Assembly: GCF_000011805.1 (NCBI RefSeq)
Contig: NC_006840.2
DNA length: 32,000 nt
Reading direction: 5' to 3' (one strand)
DNA from: Aliivibrio fischeri ES114
Lineage (GTDB): Bacteria > Pseudomonadota > Gammaproteobacteria > Enterobacterales > Vibrionaceae
The notes below the pieces were generated by a model. The model was not told the origin of the DNA and searched no databases. It saw nothing but the letters and a program-made list of their open reading frames with translations. Position numbers and translations under genes: made by a program. Below, one piece after another: positions 20,875-30,196 of this stretch (the stretch's first letter is position 1; each line of letters opens with the position of its first letter).

Positions 20875-21462
20875 TTAGAAAAAACTCTGTTCAATGATAA
20901 CTACATCGCCCGGACCTACAGGGTAGGTTGGAGCCACATCTTCGATTAACTCATTTGTTGCTGCTGAGCGTACGTTTATAGAATCTCGATCTGATCTATC
21001 TGTGAAGCCACCAGCCATAGCAATAGCTTGCTCAACAGTTAAACCAGGCTGAAACTCGTACCCATTTGGGTTTGCCACTTCACCACTGATAAAGAATTTA
21101 CGAAATGCTTCAATGCTGACGGTTACCATTGGTTGTAGAATATAGCCATCAGCTAATCTTGCTTCGATATCTTCTTCAATTTGCGTCGGGGTTCTACCAG
21201 ATAATTTAATTTCACCAAGGTAAGGGAAATTAACATAGCCTCCACGGTGTATTTTTAGGCGAGTGGTCATTTCTGGTTCTTTGAAAACTGAAATTTGAAT
21301 AGTGTCCCCAGCACCTAAAATATAACCAAGATCTTCTTTCTGTTGGGATTGTTCAGTTTTTGCTTTTTCTTGTGTATCAGAAGGCGTTTCTTGAGCTTCA
21401 GATGCCAATGCATTAGAAACAAAAGATAGAAATAGGCAAAAAGAAATAAATAAGGGTTTCAT
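20875..21462 (-). CDS. Short Wza/GumB-type outer-membrane polysaccharide export (OPX) protein
   Basis: Signal peptide, YILGAGDTIQISVFKEPEMTTRLKIHRGGYVNFPYLGEIKLSGRTPTQIEEDI (Poly_export domain) and a SLBB-like FFISGEVANPNGYEFQPGLTVEQAIAMAGG. Only 195 aa. Confidence 0.92.
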   Translation of the reverse strand: MKPLFISFCLFLSFVSNALASEAQETPSDTQEKAKTEQSQQKEDLGYILGAGDTIQISVFKEPEMTTRLKIHRGGYVNFPYLGEIKLSGRTPTQIEEDIEARLADGYILQPMVTVSIEAFRKFFISGEVANPNGYEFQPGLTVEQAIAMAGGFTDRSDRDSINVRSAATNELIEDVAPTYPVGPGDVVIIEQSFF

Positions 21463-22779
21463 CTAAATTTGCACCTTAGTTGTAAACATAATAAGTGATT
21501 TATCATAGCCTAACGTTTGAGTAACCGTTTCGACTGAATTAATGGTGAAATCATCGAATTCCTTATTGGATTCATTCACAAGTTGTTGGTAGCTCAGTTC
21601 AAATTGAATCGAAGGTCTAAATTTATAGGTAATTTTAGCTATAGCTTCTGTTTTTGTTTCAACTTTATCTGAGCTTTTATCTTTATCTGCACTGGTTTTA
21701 TAGTGGTAACCCAATGTGGTGGAAAGTCTACTCGACCACCAAAAATGTTCCCAGTTAGTTCCATATTCAGTATTTAGAACATAACCACCAATTTCTGTCG
21801 GGTCTTCTACTGATTGATCGGTGTAAAAATGAAAGCTAGAGTGTCTGACTGGGCTCCATTTGATGTCTATATCCCAGTTTAATCCCCCAAAACTTTCTGA
21901 GTCAGGGTTGTTGGGGAAATCTTTATAAAGCCAAGCAATATTGGCATCTATCGTTGTTTTTCCTGTTCTGATCGTTTTAATGCCAGCGATAAAAAACGTT
22001 TCATTAGTGTCTTTCAGGTTATTAATTTTGTAGTGCCTTAAGTTACTAACGATAGAATAACGAAACCGAGTTCGACTGGATGCTTGATCAAATAATTCAA
22101 TAGTGAATGTTGTTTGATCCCACTCTTGCTCTTCGATGTATTGGTTAAAGTTATAGATACTTCCAGATGTAAAATTGGAAGTTCTGTCATCATAAGTAAA
22201 GTCTTTGTACTGAACTGCAAAGCTTAACTTTCCAATACTATCTTGCTTATCAATACTATAGCGTAATTCTGTATGAAACATGTTTGTTTCTAAAACATCA
22301 GTAATACCATATTTTTGAAACTGTTCAGCAGATAAGCCATCAGTTAACCCTTCGCCTCGGTTTTCATGACCAATCGTATTTTCTATGGTGAAAAGTAAAT
22401 CGTTGTTCAATCCTTTTTTCCAAGCACCAATAAATGCAATGTGGTGGTCATAGTAATCATCGGATGTATTATTTTCTTGGTATTGTCTATAGTCGCCTGT
22501 GTATTGCAAGGTATAGACATCTGCATTATGAACCCCTTTTAATTGCACAAAGGGCTTAACATTAAAGAAATCAGATTGTACATGTGGTGTATGGTCTGAC
22601 TGATAATTTACGTTATCATCATAGCCATAATCTACAGCTACATTACTTTGGTATTCTACGCCTGCCGGGCCGATATGTGGCTTTGGTGTTAAATAAGCAT
22701 AACAAGAACTGCTTACTAATGAAGTAGTAAGCAGTATAAGTTTGTTGAAAGATATTGGCGTTTTAGTAGGCCGTATCAC
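21463..22779 (-). CDS. Outer-membrane beta-barrel protein (BBP2-like), polysaccharide export
   Basis: Signal peptide, then repeated alternating aromatic/polar beta-strand patterns throughout (VAVDYGYDDNVNYQSD, DVYTLQYTGDYRQYQE, TTLGYHYKTSADKDKS). GTG start overlaps the upstream CDS by 17 nt. Confidence 0.8.
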   Translation of the reverse strand: MIRPTKTPISFNKLILLTTSLVSSSCYAYLTPKPHIGPAGVEYQSNVAVDYGYDDNVNYQSDHTPHVQSDFFNVKPFVQLKGVHNADVYTLQYTGDYRQYQENNTSDDYYDHHIAFIGAWKKGLNNDLLFTIENTIGHENRGEGLTDGLSAEQFQKYGITDVLETNMFHTELRYSIDKQDSIGKLSFAVQYKDFTYDDRTSNFTSGSIYNFNQYIEEQEWDQTTFTIELFDQASSRTRFRYSIVSNLRHYKINNLKDTNETFFIAGIKTIRTGKTTIDANIAWLYKDFPNNPDSESFGGLNWDIDIKWSPVRHSSFHFYTDQSVEDPTEIGGYVLNTEYGTNWEHFWWSSRLSTTLGYHYKTSADKDKSSDKVETKTEAIAKITYKFRPSIQFELSYQQLVNESNKEFDDFTINSVETVTQTLGYDKSLIMFTTKVQI

Positions 22780-24175
22780 TCACAAATCCTTTGAAAACAG
22801 TTAAGAAAATAATCTTAAGATCCATTGATAAAGACCAGTTTTGTAAGTATTTAATATCATACTCTACACGCTTTTCCATCTTATCTAATGTATCGGTTTC
22901 TCCACGGTAGCCATTGATTTGTGCTAGCCCAGTAATACCGGGTTTAATTTTATGTCTTACCATGTAATTGTCGACTAACACGCGGTACTCCTCATTATGT
23001 GCAACAGCATGAGGTCGAGGGCCAACAATAGACATACTTCCTTGTAATACATTAATAAACTGTGGGAGTTCATCTAATGATGTTCTGCGGATAAAACTTC
23101 CAAAGCGAGTAACCCTAGGATCATTTTTAGTTGCTTGAGTAACTACTTCAGAATTTTCCATTACTTTCATTGAACGGAACTTCCATACTTTAATTTTTTT
23201 ACCACCTAGGCCATACCTGTCCTGTTTAAATAGAATAGGACCTGGAGAGCTTAATTTCACGCCTAAAGCGACAATACATAGAACCGGTAGGATTAGTAAT
23301 GTGATTAATGAACCTATAACGATATCTTCAATACGCTTAATGACAGCTCCCAACCCTTCGAATGGTGAACTGAAAATACTAAACGTATGTACATTTCCAA
23401 TGCGTTTTATTTGCGAAACACTTAATTTATACGTGTAGAGATCTGGAACAATGTAAGCATTAACCGTTGAGTTTGATAATTGATGAATGATGTCTTTGAT
23501 ACGATCTTTAGCCACCATAGGCAGTGCAATATACACACTTTGAATTTCATCATTTTTTACTTTTTCAATCAGCTCTGACACTTTTCCTGCATAACCACTT
23601 TTATTTACATAACTAAAGCGACTGCTTGAACGGTCATCATAAAATTCAATACTAATTTTTTGATTCTTATATTTTGAAATCAACGCTTGTTCAATTGAAA
23701 GTCCTGCTGGGGTTAAACCAATGATCGCGATCTTATTTATCTTTAATCTTGGTATGACAATGTAGGTGTAGCTTAAGGTGCAAAGCGTTCGAGAAAGAGA
23801 GAGACCCCCCCAAACACAAACATACCAAAGAAGATAGATATGAGAGTTTAGATTACTGATCTGCATGCCCTCTAAACTTGCAAGGCGAAGTTTTAATATA
23901 AAAAATACTGATACCGTAAGGAGTAAAGAGAAAGTTAGTCTTAAAAGATATTTCTTTAACTCCACTTTTGTATTGATGGTGTACAGACCTGAATATTCAC
24001 TAATAAGTAGAAAAATAGTAGAAAATAAGAGACCGGCAGATAGATCGACAGCGGTTTCTTCAAGCCCATGAAAGGATAGGATAGAGGTCAGTAATAAGTT
24101 AATTGCTATAAAGTCAAATGCCTTTGTTAGGGTACGATAACTATCACTTATCATTTTTATATTTTGTTGTTTCAT
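22763..24175 (-). CDS. Undecaprenyl-phosphate hexose-1-phosphate transferase (WcaJ-like initiating enzyme)
   Basis: [89 protein letters not shown]. Start refined to the internal ATG because AGGAG lies 4 nt upstream; the track start is 24190. Confidence 0.93.
   Translation of the reverse strand: MKQQNIKMISDSYRTLTKAFDFIAINLLLTSILSFHGLEETAVDLSAGLLFSTIFLLISEYSGLYTINTKVELKKYLLRLTFSLLLTVSVFFILKLRLASLEGMQISNLNSHIYLLWYVCVWGGLSLSRTLCTLSYTYIVIPRLKINKIAIIGLTPAGLSIEQALISKYKNQKISIEFYDDRSSSRFSYVNKSGYAGKVSELIEKVKNDEIQSVYIALPMVAKDRIKDIIHQLSNSTVNAYIVPDLYTYKLSVSQIKRIGNVHTFSIFSSPFEGLGAVIKRIEDIVIGSLITLLILPVLCIVALGVKLSSPGPILFKQDRYGLGGKKIKVWKFRSMKVMENSEVVTQATKNDPRVTRFGSFIRRTSLDELPQFINVLQGSMSIVGPRPHAVAHNEEYRVLVDNYMVRHKIKPGITGLAQINGYRGETDTLDKMEKRVEYDIKYLQNWSLSMDLKIIFLTVFKGFVSDTAY
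23805..23811 (-). repeat. G7 homopolymer in the wcaJ-like CDS next to a TC-rich microsatellite
   Basis: + strand GAGAAAGAGAGAGACCCCCCCAAAC; coding strand TGGGGGGGTCTCTCTCTTTCTC. Confidence 0.9.
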
Positions 24176-24430
24176 ATCGCTCCTGGGCATTAGGGGGAGT
24201 AATCACCATTATAAATGATGAATAAACTTGTAAAGTTAGCGTTTAGTCAAAAAAATGACATCATATATTTTGATAGTTGGGAGCGCAATCTCATCTTTTG
24301 CGAACTTGATGAATTTTCTAATAAATTGAACGTTAAATTGTGAGAAATTACTCTCTAATTTTTATTACTATAGTATGCTTTCTCCGTTTAGGGGTATCAG
24401 ATTTCACAATGAACGTGTTAGACTGATGAC

Positions 24431-24450
24431 TACTGTATATATAACCGGGT
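24431..24450. promoter_or_regulatory. Possible degenerate LexA box upstream of ssb
   Basis: TACTGTATATATAACCGGGT fits CTG-N10-CGG, one mismatch from CTG-N10-CAG, with a TATATA core. It lies 38 bp upstream of the ssb ATG. Confidence 0.5.
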
Positions 24451-24487
24451 GAAAACCGTTTTCCCCCTTAATAATCTGGAGCAAACT

Positions 24488-25021
24488 ATGGCCAGCCGTG
24501 GTGTAAATAAAGTTATCCTTGTTGGTAACTTAGGGCAAGATCCTGAAATCCGTTACATGCCAAGTGGCGGTGCGGTAGCGAATATTACAATTGCAACGTC
24601 TGAAACTTGGCGTGATAAGGCAACTGGTGAGCAACGTGAAAAAACAGAATGGCACCGTGTTGCTCTGTTTGGCAAATTAGCAGAAGTTGCTGGTGAGTAC
24701 TTACGTAAAGGCTCTCAAGTTTACGTTGAGGGTCAATTACAAACTCGTAAATGGCAAGACCAGAATGGTCAAGACCGTTTTACAACAGAAGTAGTTGTTC
24801 AGGGCTTTAACGGCGTAATGCAAATGCTTGGTGGTCGCGGACAAGGTGCTCCAGCTGGTGGTCAGCAACAGCAAGGTAATTGGGGCCAGCCTCAACAACC
24901 TGCACAGCAGAATAATTTTGCTCCTCAACAACAGCAAGCTCCTCAACAACAAGCTCCACAAGCTGCTCAACCTCAATACAATGAGCCGCCAATGGATTTT
25001 GATGATGACATCCCGTTCTAA
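24488..25021 (+). CDS. ssb: Single-stranded DNA-binding protein
   Basis: [45 protein letters not shown]-rich linker, acidic tip [11 protein letters not shown]. The ATG at 24488 has a GGAG RBS, so the upstream GTG at 24449 is unlikely. Confidence 0.98.
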   Translation: MASRGVNKVILVGNLGQDPEIRYMPSGGAVANITIATSETWRDKATGEQREKTEWHRVALFGKLAEVAGEYLRKGSQVYVEGQLQTRKWQDQNGQDRFTTEVVVQGFNGVMQMLGGRGQGAPAGGQQQQGNWGQPQQPAQQNNFAPQQQQAPQQQAPQAAQPQYNEPPMDFDDDIPF

Positions 25022-25051
25022 TAATTGGACGTGTGTTAACTGATTTAAAAT

Positions 25052-25084
25052 AAAAAAGCCTCGATAATATCGAGGCTTTTTTCT
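25052..25084. terminator. Bidirectional terminator between ssb and the convergent membrane protein
   Basis: AAAAAAGCCTCGAT-aat-ATCGAGGCTTTTTT. Confidence 0.88.
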
Positions 25085-25105
25085 ATCTGTTAGTTATCTA
25101 GTGTT

Positions 25106-25795
25106 CTAATCTTTAATTTGAACAGAAAGAGTTGGAAACTGCTCAGATATATAGGTTGTTGCTGTGTAGATTAATGTTGCAATGCCTAGCATCTCAAGTG
25201 TTTCTTCGATAGTGTAGCTGATGGCATATATCAATGCATCGGTACCGTGTTGTTCTGCAATTTTACCGCCGATAAGCTCCATAACTAGAGCTCCAGAAAC
25301 ATAAATAATACCAGCAAGAATTAATCGGTTTCGAGTATTGGTAGGAAGTCTAAATAAAAATTTGAAATAGGTTAAACCAAAAACCAAAAGTAGTGCTGCA
25401 TAAGGGATTACCCATGCAAAATAAAGAATACCTGTTGTATTTAGAGAATTACGAACTGGTCCTACTAACATCTCATGCAACTCAGTCATTTCATCTAAAG
25501 CTAAAAATAGAAAGATAGCACTTAATCCTGCCCAAGCTAGGTATTGTTCATTTTTATTGAAGTGCACGTAGGCTATTAGTGCTAATAACACACTCGCGAA
25601 AATCATAGCGCAAGATGAATACAGGGTTGGAACGTTCATTTCTTTATCGACGTTAAAGAGACGAATAATAGTTTCCATATGAGAGTATGATAAAAAATGC
25701 TCAGAAATAATGGCAAAGCCATTTGCGATAACAAGGAATACGATAATTGAAATAAAAAACATCAATAGCTTTTTCGAGTTAAGTTCAATATTCAC
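25106..25795 (-). CDS. Polytopic membrane protein of unknown function
   Basis: 229 aa with about 6 TM segments. Acidic/His motifs within or near the membrane: LDEMTELHEML, MELIGGKIAEQHG, YTIEETLEMLGI. Confidence 0.7.
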   Translation of the reverse strand: MNIELNSKKLLMFFISIIVFLVIANGFAIISEHFLSYSHMETIIRLFNVDKEMNVPTLYSSCAMIFASVLLALIAYVHFNKNEQYLAWAGLSAIFLFLALDEMTELHEMLVGPVRNSLNTTGILYFAWVIPYAALLLVFGLTYFKFLFRLPTNTRNRLILAGIIYVSGALVMELIGGKIAEQHGTDALIYAISYTIEETLEMLGIATLIYTATTYISEQFPTLSVQIKD

Positions 25796-26001
25796 GTTAA
25801 TACCTTAAATGTATAGGTTGATTAATTGAGTAGAATTACTCTGGTTTATGTAAAGTTTAGTGTTAGCAACGGTGCGTATTGTATAGAGTTATTAGTAAAA
25901 TATTTGTATTATATCTAATACGTATTTAGAGAATGTTCTAAATTTATCAATGAATTTGTGTATATATTCACAATCTATTTTCTTCAAGGAAGAAGAGCTT
26001 A

Positions 26002-27981
26002 ATGAGAAAAACGCCTAGTTTACGTTTAAGTAACCGCTTAATTTCGTTTGTTACTTTGATGGTTTCTGCCGCAATATTTATATTATTTATTGGTGGTACT
26101 ATCTCAGTTAAGCAAATTGGTACAGAGTATCTCGATCATTATTTAACAGGGGTTGTTACCGTTGTTGATGAAGAGTTAGTCAATCCTGAGAAAGCGAAAT
26201 CCATGGAAACGTGGCTACCAAAACTGCTGAAAGCCAGTAATGTGGTTAGCATGGACCTGTCTTCTTCTACTGGGCCTATATACTCTTTTCAAAGCTTAGC
26301 TATTATTCCTGATGATAGTTTGTTGTACCATAAAACACTTCCACTACAAATTAATAAAGGATATGAAATTTCCTTTAAGTCAGTACCTCCTTACAGTGCT
26401 TTTACTTATTCGTTGGGAGCTCTATTTTCTATTACTGCTGCCATTGCTGTTATCGTTGTTTCACTCTTATGGGGTGTTGTTTGGCTGAGAAAACAATTAC
26501 ATGGTTCTGAGTTATTAGAAGAAAGAGGTCGGATGCTATTGGCTGGGAAACTTGACGATTACTCTACCGGTAGCGAAGAAGAATGGCCAGCCACAGCAAG
26601 TTTAGCATTAGATAATATTATTGCGGAATTAAAAGATGCAAGAAAAGAACGCAGCCGTTTTGATACCTTTATTCGAACTCATACTTTTTTAGATCAATTA
26701 ACGGGCTCAGCGAATAGAGTGCTATTTGATAGTAAATTAGAGTCTATTTTGCAGGAATCTCAAAGCCAAGGGGTTTTATTATTACTACGCATTAATGGCT
26801 GGGAAGAATTAGTTGAAGAGCAAGGAAGTGCTGTTGGGGATGAATTAATTGTTGAGGTAGGAAAGCAATTAAATAATATCATGCAACGTTACAGTGATAG
26901 TGTTCTTTCTCGTTATTATCAATCAGACTTTGCTTTATTGGTTCCCCAACAATCATTGAAAGAGGCGAAATCACTAGCTGCTCAATGTCTAAAGTTAATA
27001 GAAAAAATTAATCCACCTCGTAGCTTGGACCGTGATAACTGGTGTCATATTGGGGTGAGTATGTTTGTAAGCGGCGAACGACGTGGTCGTTTGATGGAAG
27101 AGCTTGATATGGCTCATCGTAGCGCCTTACTTCAAAACAACAACACTTGGTCGTTATTTAAAAAGCAGCAGCAATTAGCAGAGAGTTTAGGAAGTGTTCG
27201 ATGGAGAACCTTATTTGATGCTATTTTTCAGCAAGATAAATTAATTATTTATAAGCAGCCAACTTTTTTATTTGATGGTAATGAACTTGTACCTCTCCAT
27301 TTAGAGTTATTTTCACGTATAAAAGATGAAAATGGTGTTCAAATTAAGGCTTCACGTTTCTTACCTGCAATTAAACAAGTAGGGTATCAAGTCAAACTTG
27401 ATAGTGCGGTCTTAAAACAAGTGTTCCCTTTATTAAGTGACCCTGAATTAAATCACAATTCGTTTTCAGTTCATTTACAGGTTAAGAGCATTACTAATGC
27501 GGCATTTATCCGTCAATTAAGAAATCGTTTATTGCAAACGCCAAGAGCACAGCTTCAACGACTAAGTTTTGAGTTAATTGAAGGTCAGGTTGTTACCTAT
27601 TTAGATGCTGTAAGACCCGTCGCAAAAATGTTAAAAAGTTTTGGTTGTCAATTGGTCGTAGAGCAAGCGGGAAGAACTATTGTAAGTACTCATTATATTA
27701 AAGATTTGAATGTTGATTTTGTAAAACTCCATCGTAGTTTAATGAAGGACATTCATCAGAGATATGAGAATCAATTATTCGTTCGTAGTCTGTTGGGTGC
27801 ATGTGAAACCACGGGAGCTCAAGTGATTGCTGTTGGTATAGAAAAAGAAAAGGAATTTAGATTATTAAAAGATCTTGGCGTTGAAGGTGGACAAGGGCGA
27901 TTTTTTGAATCAGAAACGGCTCTGCATCATCGCCAAGAAAAGGTATCTATACCTAAGCGAAGAAGCCGTTGGGGTAAATAA
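26002..27981 (+). CDS. csrD: CsrD/MshH-type regulator with degenerate GGDEF and EAL domains
   Basis: Two N-terminal TM segments, GGDEF-like fold (TGSANRVLFDSKL..YYQSDFALLVP), EAL-like domain (HLELFSRIKDENG..NVDFVKLHRSLMKD). Immediately upstream of the msh genes. Confidence 0.88.
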   Translation: MRKTPSLRLSNRLISFVTLMVSAAIFILFIGGTISVKQIGTEYLDHYLTGVVTVVDEELVNPEKAKSMETWLPKLLKASNVVSMDLSSSTGPIYSFQSLAIIPDDSLLYHKTLPLQINKGYEISFKSVPPYSAFTYSLGALFSITAAIAVIVVSLLWGVVWLRKQLHGSELLEERGRMLLAGKLDDYSTGSEEEWPATASLALDNIIAELKDARKERSRFDTFIRTHTFLDQLTGSANRVLFDSKLESILQESQSQGVLLLLRINGWEELVEEQGSAVGDELIVEVGKQLNNIMQRYSDSVLSRYYQSDFALLVPQQSLKEAKSLAAQCLKLIEKINPPRSLDRDNWCHIGVSMFVSGERRGRLMEELDMAHRSALLQNNNTWSLFKKQQQLAESLGSVRWRTLFDAIFQQDKLIIYKQPTFLFDGNELVPLHLELFSRIKDENGVQIKASRFLPAIKQVGYQVKLDSAVLKQVFPLLSDPELNHNSFSVHLQVKSITNAAFIRQLRNRLLQTPRAQLQRLSFELIEGQVVTYLDAVRPVAKMLKSFGCQLVVEQAGRTIVSTHYIKDLNVDFVKLHRSLMKDIHQRYENQLFVRSLLGACETTGAQVIAVGIEKEKEFRLLKDLGVEGGQGRFFESETALHHRQEKVSIPKRRSRWGK

Positions 27982-28100
27982 AATTCTCTTATTTTGTTAA
28001 TAACGGTCGTATCCTAAAAGAATAGAATGTTGTATGATTGCGCGTCACTTGTGTTCTTTATGAGAACGTTGTAAGTAAAGTAAGAAAAGTCGAGCAATCA

Positions 28101-29564
28101 ATGAAAATTATGGATGCACTGAAAAAGCTGAAACTATCTCGTTCAGTAAAAACCACCACGTCAATTGTGATCTTACAAGGTGGTGTTTATATTGCGAAAA
28201 GTGATGGATTTGATGAGCTTCAAGAGCATTATTTTACGCCAATAAATCAACCTCAATCATGGAAAGATGTGATTGTTGAAGCGTGCGAGAAAGCTGGAGT
28301 AACCAATTCTAGTGCCAGTGTTATTTTAGGTTCTCACCTGTATCAATCCTTTCAAATAGATAATCCTAATTTACCAAAAGAAGAGTTGACTGGAGCGTTA
28401 CCTTTCTTAGTGAAAGATCTTATTACCGATCGTATTGCTGATATTGTTGCTGATGGTATCGAAACGATAAATGGCAAGCTTCAGGTTTATATATCTCAAG
28501 TTACTACGCTTCATACATTGATTGACTCATTAAGTCCTCTTTCGATTCAAATAAATAATGTGACGCCAGATGAACTACTTTGGGCTTACTCTCAGCCTGA
28601 AGACGGTAGCTTTATGTTATTAAATCATAGCCAGTCTGCTGATTTTAAATTATTGGCGTTTAATAATGGTCACTTACATTTAAACCGCTCTTTACGTGGT
28701 ATTACTGCACCATTAACTGGGGATCAAGCTAATAGTTTTCAAATGGACAGCTTGGCATTAGAGTTACAGCGCTCACTTGACTACTTAAGCTCTCAATTAC
28801 ATGGCGTAAGCATTAATAATTTGTTTTTCCGTTGTGATGATGAAGACGATGCCCTTCTTGCTCTTGAGTTGCAAAATCGATTAGGCGTAAAGGTTGCTTC
28901 ATTACTTGTTGATGAACCAAGAGCTTTTCGTTCTGGAGAAGTCCTGGCGTGGTTAGCTTTATTTAATACGCCAAGTATCAACTTGTTTCATGAAACGTTA
29001 AAACTTAAAACAGATTATTTTACATTACAAAATGTGATGATCAGTTGGGGGGTAGGGTTAGCGTTAAGTATTGCTGTTGTTGGGTATTACCAATGGCAAA
29101 TTTACAATTTAGAGACAACGATAAACGCAAATTCATTAAAAGAAAGTAATTATAAACAAGAATTAGCTACGTTAAATAAGAAATTAGAGAGTCACAAACC
29201 TTCGGCAGCTAAGTTAGCTGCGATTAAGCGATTAAATGATGATATTCAATCGAAAAAAGCTTCATTAAAGGTGATTGATAATTTTGACGAGGGAATGCAA
29301 GTAGGTTACTCGGGAGTGATGAGTAGCTTGACTCAATTAGGTAAAGGAAACATCTCACTTAATAAAATCTATATCTCTGGCGATAAGGTTAACTTTGCTG
29401 GTTATGCTCGTACGCCTGATGTTATTCCTCGCTGGGTTCAGAGCTTTGATAGTGAATTGCATTTAGTTGGACGTACTTTTGATCAACTTGAAATAAAAAC
29501 AGACGATAAAGGTCTGGTGTCATTTATTTTAAATACTAAGGCATCAGAGGGTAATCATGAGTAA
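28101..29564 (+). CDS. mshI: MSHA pilus biogenesis protein MshI
   Basis: PilM/PilN-like protein ahead of mshJ/mshK/mshL, with a TM helix VGLALSIAVVGYYQWQIY. Start refined from the track TTG (28038) to ATG 28101 (MKIMDALKKLKLSRS). Confidence 0.88.
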   Translation: MKIMDALKKLKLSRSVKTTTSIVILQGGVYIAKSDGFDELQEHYFTPINQPQSWKDVIVEACEKAGVTNSSASVILGSHLYQSFQIDNPNLPKEELTGALPFLVKDLITDRIADIVADGIETINGKLQVYISQVTTLHTLIDSLSPLSIQINNVTPDELLWAYSQPEDGSFMLLNHSQSADFKLLAFNNGHLHLNRSLRGITAPLTGDQANSFQMDSLALELQRSLDYLSSQLHGVSINNLFFRCDDEDDALLALELQNRLGVKVASLLVDEPRAFRSGEVLAWLALFNTPSINLFHETLKLKTDYFTLQNVMISWGVGLALSIAVVGYYQWQIYNLETTINANSLKESNYKQELATLNKKLESHKPSAAKLAAIKRLNDDIQSKKASLKVIDNFDEGMQVGYSGVMSSLTQLGKGNISLNKIYISGDKVNFAGYARTPDVIPRWVQSFDSELHLVGRTFDQLEIKTDDKGLVSFILNTKASEGNHE

Positions 29565-30195
29565 TTGGAATCAAGTAAAAGAGAAATTTGGTGCTTTGTC
29601 GCAAAGAGAAAAAGTACTCATTACATTGGTTGGCTGGGTTGCGGTAATCTTCATTTCATTAAGTTTGTTTATTGAACCTAAAATTGAGCAATATCATCAA
29701 TCCCAACAAAAAGTGGTGCGTATTACTAATTCGATTTCATCTCTAAAACAGCAGATAGAATTAGCTGAATTTCGTTTAAAGAAAGACCCTAATGTTGAAA
29801 TTACTAAACAATATCAGCAATTAATGATCGAGAGTCAGGATTTAGCTGATCTGCTTTTTAGTCGTGTCGCATCATTGGTTTCCCCAAGCCAAATGGCTTC
29901 TTTATTAGAAAAAGTATTAAAGAAATCGTCAAAGTTAAAGTTACAGTCTATGACCACATTGCCATCTGAACGTTTACTTGATGAAAATAATAATGCTGGT
30001 TATTACATTCACCCAGTGAAGATTGTGTTGTCTGGCGAATATTTTGATATTGAAGAGTACCTCTCTCACTTAGAGACACTTCCTGTAAAATATTACTGGC
30101 GAAACTTTCATTATGAAGTGAAAAAATACCCTATTGCAGAAGTCACAATCGAAGTTTACACCCTTGGTTCAAGTCGTGGGTTTATTGGTGGTTAA
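29557..30195 (+). CDS. mshJ: MSHA pilus biogenesis protein MshJ
   Basis: PilO-like: short N-terminus, one TM (KVLITLVGWVAVIFISLSLFIEP), coiled-coil. Overlaps mshI by 8 nt. Confidence 0.88.
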   Translation: MSNWNQVKEKFGALSQREKVLITLVGWVAVIFISLSLFIEPKIEQYHQSQQKVVRITNSISSLKQQIELAEFRLKKDPNVEITKQYQQLMIESQDLADLLFSRVASLVSPSQMASLLEKVLKKSSKLKLQSMTTLPSERLLDENNNAGYYIHPVKIVLSGEYFDIEEYLSHLETLPVKYYWRNFHYEVKKYPIAEVTIEVYTLGSSRGFIGG

Positions 30196-30196
30196 T

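Noticed and set aside
24191-24430. RfaH ops/JUMPStart element searched for in the polysaccharide operon leader
   Set aside because: No GGCGGTAGC-like sequence found on the minus strand. A TTTACA/TATAAT-like pair (24229-24234 and 24208-24213, 15-bp spacing) was too weak to report as a promoter.
24828-25043. Overlapping plus/minus small ORFs (24737-24992, 24828-25043) in the ssb Q/P-rich region
   Set aside because: Products of low-complexity CAA/CAG-rich DNA in alternate frames; the ssb frame explains the sequence.
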